From an uncultured delta proteobacterium (GTDB lineage: Bacteria; Desulfobacterota; Desulfobacteria; Desulfobacterales; JAFDCJ01): a stretch of DNA of 64,000 nucleotides. Where the stretch lies: NCBI GenBank assembly GCA_963769935.1, contig CAVYNY010000013.1, positions 224,001 to 288,000 of the forward strand, written 5' to 3'. Below, piece after piece: positions 50,164-57,898 of the stretch (position 1 is its first letter; every line of letters starts with the position of its first letter). The notes beneath the pieces are model-generated. The model saw nothing but the letters and a program-made list of their open reading frames with translations. It was not told the DNA's origin and did not search any database. The translations under genes and the position numbers were made by a program.

Positions 50164-51087
50164 TCAGTGGCGGGCCGACACCCGGCTCAGCCTCGCCGAC
50201 CAGGCCGGAATTTCCATAATTTTCTGGAGCTGAGATATCGGGCCTTCGTCGGTCAATACGGATGCCAGCTGCTGATCCTGCAGGACGTCGTAAACCGAGC
50301 GGATCTTGCCGTCGATAAGTGCCACGTCGCTGACCAGTCGGATCCCATGGCTATAGTCGGCGTAGCCGGCGCCGTGCACGGTGCTGAGCGGCTGGATGGG
50401 AGTGCCGTCGGGTTGGTGCCAGCCATAGATGGCGATTCGTCCCGGCATATGGGTGAGGCGATTGGTGATGACCACGTCTTTCTTATGTCCAGCAACCAGC
50501 TCTCCCAAAGGAATATGGTGTGAGACGCGCTGCTGAGCGATTTTGCGGTTGTGCTGTTGATAATAGCGGGTGGAACGCATTTGGGGTCCGGGCGTCATGG
50601 GCTGGGGCGTGAAGTGGTAGGCAGACTGCTCATAAATGGCATCCACCATTTTGCGGGTGGGTAGAATAAAACCGAATTGATTGGCCACTGTGCTGGCGGT
50701 GTGGTAATTCATCGGGATGCGGATGAAATCCGACCGCGACCCGATGGCCAGATAGTCCGGAGTGACGAATATCGTTGCGTTTACAAGTCTTCCGTTGCCG
50801 AGCCGGTGTTGCAGTTCGACCGGTTTCAACTCTCTCAGAAAATCGGGCAGATTGCCTTTCAGTAACTGCTCCAGGATACACTGCTCGCGCTGGTGCTCAT
50901 CCATTTTCGAAACCAGGTCGACAAACTGCGAGCCGGTCAGCGCGAAGCGGGCCCTTTTGGGAATGCGTTTGATCAGTTTCGACAGCCTGGCATTGGCGTC
51001 ATGGGCGCTTGCCGGGGTCCAGCAAAGGCATATCATCAGTATAATCATAAAATTGAAGACAGCACTGCCGGCCGCAAACCGTCTCAT
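50164..51087 (-). CDS. Exported hypothetical protein
   Basis: AGGAGG RBS, signal peptide ending ASA, motifs DYLAIGS, LPTRKMVD, GHKKDVV, IYGWH, YADYSHGIRLV. Confidence 0.8.
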   Translation of the reverse strand: MRRFAAGSAVFNFMIILMICLCWTPASAHDANARLSKLIKRIPKRARFALTGSQFVDLVSKMDEHQREQCILEQLLKGNLPDFLRELKPVELQHRLGNGRLVNATIFVTPDYLAIGSRSDFIRIPMNYHTASTVANQFGFILPTRKMVDAIYEQSAYHFTPQPMTPGPQMRSTRYYQQHNRKIAQQRVSHHIPLGELVAGHKKDVVITNRLTHMPGRIAIYGWHQPDGTPIQPLSTVHGAGYADYSHGIRLVSDVALIDGKIRSVYDVLQDQQLASVLTDEGPISQLQKIMEIPAWSARLSRVSARH

Positions 51088-51339
51088 CAACCGCTTTCCT
51101 CCTGCAAAATTCGAATCATTTTACTAAGTAGGCTACTATGCCGCCGGCAGGGCTGTCAATAAATATTCCTGAAATCGAGCTTTCTGGATTTTCAAATGCC
51201 CAGGATATCGGCGGCACGACCCTAACATTATAAGGTTGGAGTTGCAACCAGGTACTCGATTTCATCTCTCGACCCCGCTGCGGATTTTTTCACTTAAATC
51301 CATTATCCTGTAGTTGTCCATTCCGATCAGCATATTGAT

Positions 51340-51378
51340 TTCGAAATTTTGCGAAAGCCGAATTCGAAATTTTTCAAC
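51340..51378 (+). promoter_or_regulatory. Tandem enhancer sites, same motif as 21468-21505
   Basis: TTCGAAATTTTGCGAA and TTCGAAATTTTTCAAC, starts 23 bp apart. Confidence 0.75.
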
Positions 51379-51461
51379 AATTATACAATTTAAGATTCAA
51401 TGCCTGAATTGAAACTTCATAATTTATTTAAATTATTCATAATATTGAAATCAAATTTTCC

Positions 51462-51477
51462 TGGCACGGTTTATGCT
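51462..51477 (+). promoter_or_regulatory. Sigma54 promoter
   Basis: TGGCACGGTTTATGCT preceded by an AT-rich spacer. Confidence 0.85.
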
Positions 51478-51553
51478 TAATTGTTTTTAAGCAGAGAAAA
51501 GAAGTCATTGGCAAAGAAGGAGAATCCGCATAAATCATCAGGCAATGCGACAG

Positions 51554-51766
51554 ATGAAATGCAACATCGGCAAAACAGAGCGACTGATTCGAGTTGCGGC
51601 GGGACTGCTGCTGGCAGTTGCCGGTATGCTCAGTTACGGAATATTGGCCTTTCTGGGTATCGCCCTTATGGTGTCGGCATTCATCGGCTGGTGTCCGGTC
51701 AGGGCGGCGCTCGGTCTATCGAGCTGCCGGGAAAGAGGAAAAGCTGCCCGTCGACACTTCCGGTGA
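51554..51766 (+). CDS. DUF2892/YgaP-like small membrane protein
   Basis: MKCNIGKTER.IR..G..GWCP....G.SSC. Confidence 0.8.
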   Translation: MKCNIGKTERLIRVAAGLLLAVAGMLSYGILAFLGIALMVSAFIGWCPVRAALGLSSCRERGKAARRHFR

Positions 51767-51834
51767 GCATACCGAACGAAGACCTCAAAACCACCTGTTT
51801 AAAGAGGGTGTTCTTTATAAGAGGTCGAGATAGA

Positions 51835-52164
51835 ATGAAGCTGAAAACTGAAAAAAGATCATCCGAACGTCTTCCCTACAGGAGCGCCATCACCTTCTCC
51901 ATTTTCAACCGGCAGGACTGCCTTGAGGCTCAATCGCTGGATTTCTCAGGGAACGGCCTCAAATTCAAATCAACCAGCATCCTGCGCCCCGGCACCACCA
52001 TCTGCATCCGGGTAAAACCCGGCCAGCGCGGCTCTCGCCCTGACCGCTTCTCTGAAAGCTTGCCGTCGGTTGGGCTGGCGGAAGTAAAATGGTGTCGACC
52101 GATTGAAGGTACCGATACGACTTTTTATGAGGTGGGCGTCCGCTACTACCCGCCCAAATATTGA
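51835..52164 (+). CDS. Stand-alone PilZ-domain protein
   Basis: EKRSSER (RxxxR), DFSGNG (DxSxxG), AEVKWC, GVRY; GAGG RBS. Confidence 0.85.
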   Translation: MKLKTEKRSSERLPYRSAITFSIFNRQDCLEAQSLDFSGNGLKFKSTSILRPGTTICIRVKPGQRGSRPDRFSESLPSVGLAEVKWCRPIEGTDTTFYEVGVRYYPPKY

Positions 52165-52299
52165 AGCATCCTGAGGAGGATTAGGAAGGATTGCAAGCAA
52201 ATACCGCAAAATCCTTGTACCGCGCGATCGCTCGAAAAGAGCTGATCAGATTGCGCTCAGGGGAGTAAACCCAAGAAATATTCTTGAAGGGAGGTGCCT

Positions 52300-52767
52300 A
52301 TGTATCAAACCATCCTTGTTCCCGTGGACGGCTCCAGGCGGGCGGAGGCCATATTAAGCCATGTCGAGCACCTGGCTAAACGGGACAACGCCAGAGTGGT
52401 GTTCCTCAAAGTCGAGGAGGAGCCCATTATGCTGGATCGCGATGAAGTCATCGATATCGATAAGTACCATGGGGACTTTGAAAAGCAGAGGGGCCGATCC
52501 CAGACTTATTTGACCGGTCTTAAAACCGAGTTCAGCAAGCACGGTATTCAGGCCGAAACACGTCTGGCCTATGGGTCGGTGGTCAAGGCCATCTTGAAAA
52601 CCGCGGCAGATACCGGCACCAATCTGATTGCAATGGCCACCCATGGCATCAGCGGACTGGCGCGGGTGTCCTATGGAAGCGTGGCGGCCGGGGTGCTGCA
52701 GGCGGCCGAACTCCCGATTTTGCTGATTCGATCCTGTAATGACCAAAAAGGGGAAAGCTCTGGGTGA
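52300..52767 (+). CDS. Universal stress protein
   Basis: ILVPVDGS, LIAMATHG.SG..GSVA; GGAGG RBS. Confidence 0.92.
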   Translation: MYQTILVPVDGSRRAEAILSHVEHLAKRDNARVVFLKVEEEPIMLDRDEVIDIDKYHGDFEKQRGRSQTYLTGLKTEFSKHGIQAETRLAYGSVVKAILKTAADTGTNLIAMATHGISGLARVSYGSVAAGVLQAAELPILLIRSCNDQKGESSG

Positions 52768-52775
52768 AGAAAGAA

Positions 52776-52987
52776 GGTTTCAGGTGTCAGCGCAGAAGAC
52801 AGAGGGCAGAGGCTGGGAAGCTGGGAAGGAAAGAAGATAAGAAGGTGAGACGGTGGGAGGGTAAGAAGCGGTGAAGCTGGGAGGGTGAGAAGGAAAGAAG
52901 AGAAGAAGCTTGAGAAGAGCAGAAGATAAGAAGGTGAGAGGATGGGAGGAAAAGAAGGGGGTAGACTGACACCTGGCACCTGAAACC
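52776..52987 (+). repeat. Non-coding element with terminal inverted repeats and about 19 purine-rich 8-bp units
   Basis: GGTTTCAGGTGTCAG ... CTGACACCTGGCACCTGAAACC; units GCTGGGAA, GATAAGAA, GGTGAGAA at 52812-52964. Confidence 0.85.
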
Positions 52988-53106
52988 AATATTCAGTATC
53001 CAGCTTCCAGCATCTCCGCTGCGCTGGATCTCCGCTGCTCTGCGGCTGGCTTGTCAGGATTATTGGAAAATTTATGCAACTGGATAACTTGTGGAAGGAG
53101 CTGCAT

Positions 53107-55854
53107 ATGTCGGACCAGTGGGTATATCAATTTGGCGAATTGGATCAGGCCGATAAATACGTCGGGGGAAAATGGGACGACGTAAAGGGTCTGCTGGGCG
53201 GCAAGGGGGCCAATCTGGCCGAAATGACACGCATCGGGGTGTCCGTGCCGCCGGGTTTTATCATTACCACCGAAGCGTGCAATGCGTATCTGGCTTCCGG
53301 GGAAACCTTTCCGCCGGGAATGTGGCAGCAGGCTCTGCAGGCGCTCGAAAGCATCGAGAAGCAAACCGGAAAATTGTTCGGCCAGCCGCAGAACCCCTTG
53401 CTGGTTTCATGCCGATCCGGCGCCAAGTTTTCAATGCCCGGCATGATGGACACCATTTTAAACCTCGGCCTCAATGACCGAACCGCTGCCGGCCTGATTG
53501 AACTGACCGGAAATGAACGGTTTGTCTATGATTCCTACCGGCGGCTCGTTCAAATGTTCGGCACCGTTGTGATGGGAATCCCCGATAACGCCTTTGAAGA
53601 AAAAATGAGCGCCTGCCGCTCCCGGGCGGGGGTAAAAATCGATGCCGAACTCAAGGCAGCCGACCTGCAGCAATTGACGCAGGAATTCAAACAGATCTAT
53701 CAGCGCCATACCGGGCATCCGTTCCCGGATGAACCTCAGGAACAGCTCAAAAGAGCCATCAATGCCGTTTTCAAGAGCTGGAACGGGAAAAGAGCGGTCG
53801 ACTATCGCAACGCATCAGGAATTGCCCATGATCTGGGCACCGCCGTCAATATCGTCACCATGGTTTTCGGTAATTTAGGCGAGGATAGCCTGACCGGAGT
53901 TGCTATGAGCCGCAACGCTACGACCGGCGAAAATAAGATTGAAGGCGATTATCTCGAAAACGCCCAGGGGGAGGATGTCGTGGCGGGGATTCGCCAGACC
54001 AATGAAATTTCACAATTAAAGGACGACAAGCCGGAAATTTATGCCGAGTTTGAACAGACGGTTAAAAAGCTTGAGATGCATTATCGGGACATGCAGGATA
54101 TCGAATTCACCGTCGAAAGGGGCAGGCTTTGGATTCTGCAGACCCGCGACGGCAAACGCACCGCCCAGGCCGCCGTTCGCATAGCAGTTGAAATGGCGGA
54201 AGAAGGGTTGATCAGCCGTCGGCAGGCCGTGCTGCGGGTAACGCCGGAACAGGTGGATTTTTTTCTGCATCCCCAGTTCGACCGGCAAGCCAAAACAACC
54301 GCTCAATCCCAAGGGAGCCTGCTGGCAACCGGCCTGAACGTTTCGCCCGGTGCCGCCGTCGGGATCGTCGCCTTCGATGCCGATATAGCGGAAACCTGGG
54401 CCAAAACCGAAAACAAGCAAGTCATCATGGTGCGCCCTGAAACCAAACCGGATGATGTCCACGGCATGCTGGCCGCCGAGGGCATCCTGACCAGCCGGGG
54501 CGGCCGGACCAGCCACGCCGCGCTGGTGGCGCGTCAATTCGGCAAACCGGCGGTTGTGGGCGTATCTGCGCTGAAAATCGATGTCAACAAACGCCAGATG
54601 ACAATCGACGATGACGTCATCAAAGAAGGCGACTGGATCTCCATCGACGGCACCTCAGGCAAAGTCTACAAGGGTCAGCTCGCAACCGTCATACCCGACA
54701 TTATGGACCCCTGGCTGATCAAGCTGTTGGCGTGGGCGGATACCTTTCGCCGACTCCGTGTCAGGTGCAATGCCGATAACCCCGCGGACGCTGAACGGGC
54801 CCGCGCTTACGGCGCTGAAGGCATCGGCCTATGCCGCACCGAACACATGTTCTTTGAGCCTCGCAGGCTGCCCTACCTGCACAAAATGATCATGACCGAT
54901 CTTCCGATCAAACGACGCGAAGCACTGGAGGCCCTGCTGCCGTTTCAAAGAGAGGATTTCATCGGCCTTTTCAGGGCCATGGACGGACTGCCGGTCATCA
55001 CCCGCCTGATTGACCCGCCGCTGCACGAGTTTTTGCCAAACTACATGGAGTTAACCCATGATCTTACAGATCTTAAAATCCGGCTCAAACATGCCGACAC
55101 CCTTGAGAAAGTCAATACCCTTTTGCAGCAGATCAACGAAAAAACGCTGGTCTTAAAAAGAGTGGAAAGTTTGCAGGAAAGCAATCCCATGCTGGGCCTG
55201 CGGGGCGTGCGTCTGGGAATCCATATTCCGGAACTGACAACCATGCAGGTGCGGGCGATTTTTGAAGCCGCCTGCACAGTCGCCAAGGAAGGTGTCGGCG
55301 TGCATCCTGAAATTATGATCCCGCTGACCAGCCACGTCAATGAGCTGAAAGCCCAGCGGGATATTCTGGAAGTCGAGGCCAAAAAAGTAATGGAAGAGCA
55401 GGGGATAACCATCGACTACAAATTCGGTACCATGATCGAGATTCCGCGCGCTGCTCTGACCGCCGATCAGATGGCCGAACACGCTGATTTTTTTTCTTTC
55501 GGCACCAATGATTTGACCCAGATGACCTTCGGCATGTCGCGCGATGACGCGGAAACAGGCTTTTTAATCAGGTATATGCGAGCCGGCATTTTGCCCGAAA
55601 ACCCATTTGCCGTCATCGACCGCGAAGGTGTCGGGCAGCTTATGGCGATGGCCGTTAAAAAGGCTCGGTCCGTCAAGCCGGAGTTGGAATGCGGGATCTG
55701 CGGCGAACATGCGGGAGAACCCGGTTCCATCGCATTTTGCCACGAGATCGGTTTGACCTACGTTTCATGTTCACAGTATCGAATACCGGTCGCACGACTT
55801 GCGGCGGCGCATGCCGCGCTGCGCGATGGAAACCATTCGGAATCGAAGGATTAA
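53107..55854 (+). CDS. ppdK: Pyruvate, phosphate dikinase
   Basis: LLGGKGANL, SMPGMMDT, AQGEDVV, TSHAA, GLCRTEHMF, SFGTNDLTQ, GICGEH. Confidence 0.97.
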   Translation: MSDQWVYQFGELDQADKYVGGKWDDVKGLLGGKGANLAEMTRIGVSVPPGFIITTEACNAYLASGETFPPGMWQQALQALESIEKQTGKLFGQPQNPLLVSCRSGAKFSMPGMMDTILNLGLNDRTAAGLIELTGNERFVYDSYRRLVQMFGTVVMGIPDNAFEEKMSACRSRAGVKIDAELKAADLQQLTQEFKQIYQRHTGHPFPDEPQEQLKRAINAVFKSWNGKRAVDYRNASGIAHDLGTAVNIVTMVFGNLGEDSLTGVAMSRNATTGENKIEGDYLENAQGEDVVAGIRQTNEISQLKDDKPEIYAEFEQTVKKLEMHYRDMQDIEFTVERGRLWILQTRDGKRTAQAAVRIAVEMAEEGLISRRQAVLRVTPEQVDFFLHPQFDRQAKTTAQSQGSLLATGLNVSPGAAVGIVAFDADIAETWAKTENKQVIMVRPETKPDDVHGMLAAEGILTSRGGRTSHAALVARQFGKPAVVGVSALKIDVNKRQMTIDDDVIKEGDWISIDGTSGKVYKGQLATVIPDIMDPWLIKLLAWADTFRRLRVRCNADNPADAERARAYGAEGIGLCRTEHMFFEPRRLPYLHKMIMTDLPIKRREALEALLPFQREDFIGLFRAMDGLPVITRLIDPPLHEFLPNYMELTHDLTDLKIRLKHADTLEKVNTLLQQINEKTLVLKRVESLQESNPMLGLRGVRLGIHIPELTTMQVRAIFEAACTVAKEGVGVHPEIMIPLTSHVNELKAQRDILEVEAKKVMEEQGITIDYKFGTMIEIPRAALTADQMAEHADFFSFGTNDLTQMTFGMSRDDAETGFLIRYMRAGILPENPFAVIDREGVGQLMAMAVKKARSVKPELECGICGEHAGEPGSIAFCHEIGLTYVSCSQYRIPVARLAAAHAALRDGNHSESKD

Positions 55855-55879
55855 GGTCTTTAATAAAGGAGAACGTATC

Positions 55880-56140
55880 ATGGACGAAACACATGATCAA
55901 AGTTTATGGATATGCACCGAATGTGGCTATACATCTTCGGAAAGATTTGTCGAAGATATCTGTCCGAGGTGCAACAAGACTTACTGGATGTGCGATGAAT
56001 GCGGCTTTACTACCATCACCGGGTTCCCACCCGATTTCTGTCCGGAATGCGGCGTCCAGGGCAACTTCACAAATAGAACCTGCTATGTGCCGGAGATGGG
56101 TACACCCGACCCACATAAAGTGAAAATGTACCATAGTTAA
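55880..56140 (+). CDS. Small protein with two tandem rubredoxin-like/zinc-ribbon motifs
   Basis: WICTECG..CPRC and WMCDECG..CPECG; AAGGAG RBS. Confidence 0.8.
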   Translation: MDETHDQSLWICTECGYTSSERFVEDICPRCNKTYWMCDECGFTTITGFPPDFCPECGVQGNFTNRTCYVPEMGTPDPHKVKMYHS

Positions 56141-56198
56141 TGTGAAAAAACAGAACTGGTTGGAAAATCCTGGGCAAACGGGATACTTAGGAACCGCG

Positions 56199-56585
56199 AT
56201 GGATGTATTCAGCAAATTAAGAGATATGAAGATTTTGCTCATCGACGACGACGAGTGGATTAGAGATTCCCTCAGCATATTCTTTGAGGCCGAAGGATGC
56301 CGCATCGTATCCGTTGAGACCGCTGAAGAAGGCCTGGAAGTACTCCGTTCGCAAAACTATGATATCATCATCACCGATTACAAACTGCCGGGAATGGATG
56401 GTATTGAGTTTCTGAGACAAATCCGGACGTCTCAACGCAACGCCAAAAAAATTCTGATTACGGCATATAAAAGCGAACTGGTTGTGAAAGAGGCCAAAAA
56501 GGCCGGCGTGCAGCACTTAATTGCCAAGCCTTTTACTTCTGAAACGATTGAAGCTTCTTTGACTTTTCTGACTGCCGATCGCTGA
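56199..56585 (+). CDS. Single-domain response regulator
   Basis: IDDDE, TDYKLPGMDG, ITAY, AKPF. Confidence 0.9.
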   Translation: MDVFSKLRDMKILLIDDDEWIRDSLSIFFEAEGCRIVSVETAEEGLEVLRSQNYDIIITDYKLPGMDGIEFLRQIRTSQRNAKKILITAYKSELVVKEAKKAGVQHLIAKPFTSETIEASLTFLTADR

Positions 56586-56721
56586 ATGACAACCTGGCAG
56601 ACGCCGCCGCTGAGGAATTGAATAGTCAATTCAATTTAGGGGCTTCGTCCCAACCGGACCAATCAAGGTTGGGTTGAGGGTATAATCCGGGTCGACGATA
56701 TCATAAAGAATGGATTGAAAA

Positions 56722-57399
56722 ATGCTGGTCAAAGATTGGATGAGCAAACCGGCGGTTACCGTCGATGCAGATGCATCCGTCGCAAAAGCCGTCAAGCTGC
56801 TGAAACGACGTGAAATAAATATGCTGCCGGTTATGGCGGGCAATCGGCTGGCCGGAGTGATTGCGAACGCCGATATTCAAAAGGCATCCGCTGCGGGGAT
56901 TGATCCCTTAAAACAGGATGAGTTTTTTGAGTTGCTTTCACAGGTTAGCGTCAGGTCCGTAATGACCCGCAATCCTTTCACGGTCTCGCCTGAACACACC
57001 GTTGAAGAAACGGCCGAGATTCTTTTGGTTAATCGGATTTCAGGGCTTCCCGTGGTTGACGGCAGGGATGAAGTGATCGGGGTCATAACCAAATCAGACA
57101 TTTTGCAGTTGATCCTGATCCTGGCCGGAAAAGGTAAACGGGGCATCCAGTTGGCCCTGGAAATGGAAAATCAACCGGACCGCATCAAGCAAATTACGGA
57201 CCTGATACTTGACTACGGCGGCCGTATTTCAAGTCTCATATCAACCCGGGAGCGCGCCGGCCGAGGCAATCAGCGACTATATATTCGCATCTACGATATC
57301 GATCAACCCAGCTTTCTGAGACTGGCTGAGGTAATCCAGGAAAAAGCTGATATGCTTTACATCATAAACCACGATGAAAGAACAAGGCAACTTTTTTAG
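56722..57399 (+). CDS. CBS-pair plus ACT domain protein (AcuB-like)
   Basis: MLVKDWM, LPV..LAGVI, ISGLPVVD..IGVITKSD, ACT-like tail. Confidence 0.88.
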   Translation: MLVKDWMSKPAVTVDADASVAKAVKLLKRREINMLPVMAGNRLAGVIANADIQKASAAGIDPLKQDEFFELLSQVSVRSVMTRNPFTVSPEHTVEETAEILLVNRISGLPVVDGRDEVIGVITKSDILQLILILAGKGKRGIQLALEMENQPDRIKQITDLILDYGGRISSLISTRERAGRGNQRLYIRIYDIDQPSFLRLAEVIQEKADMLYIINHDERTRQLF

Positions 57400-57424
57400 A
57401 AATGCAATGACAGGAGGACTTGAC

Positions 57425-57877
57425 ATGAAAGAATTTAACAGAGTTCTATTTCCGGTTGACCTCTCAGAATCAGCAGGCAAAATTGTGCCGTATGTGCATA
57501 CGGTAGCCAAACGATTCGGATCCCAGATTCACATCCTCTTCGCCGCGCGGGTATTCGATCATTTCGCCAGCCTTTATGTGCCGCACCCGTCGATCAACAA
57601 GTTTGAGAAAGAACTGCTCGAGGGTGCCGAAAAGCGCTTGTATGAGTTCGTGGATGAGAACTTCAGTGAATTTCCCCATACCAAAACCGCCGTCGTGGCA
57701 GGTGACCCCTCAGAAGAAATAATCAACTACATTCAGGAGCATAAAATCGATCTGGTCATCATGGGCACCCACGGCCGCAAGGGTATGGATAAAATAATTT
57801 TCGGCTCGGTTGCGGAGCGGGTCGTCAAAACCGCCCCCGTACCGGTTTTGGTGGTGAACCCATATAAGGTGGACTAG
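57425..57877 (+). CDS. Universal stress protein
   Basis: LFPVDLS, DLVIMGTHGRKG..FGSVAERVV; GGAGG RBS. Confidence 0.93.
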   Translation: MKEFNRVLFPVDLSESAGKIVPYVHTVAKRFGSQIHILFAARVFDHFASLYVPHPSINKFEKELLEGAEKRLYEFVDENFSEFPHTKTAVVAGDPSEEIINYIQEHKIDLVIMGTHGRKGMDKIIFGSVAERVVKTAPVPVLVVNPYKVD

Positions 57878-57898
57878 ATTACCTAAGGATAAAGAAGG

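Noticed and set aside
51481..51834. N-terminal extension of the 227-aa ORF
   Set aside because: Overlaps the DUF2892 gene; the PilZ gene has its own RBS and ATG at 51835
52671..52989. Low-complexity Ser/Leu/Pro ORFs (also 12722-12967)
   Set aside because: They are translations of the 8-mer arrays
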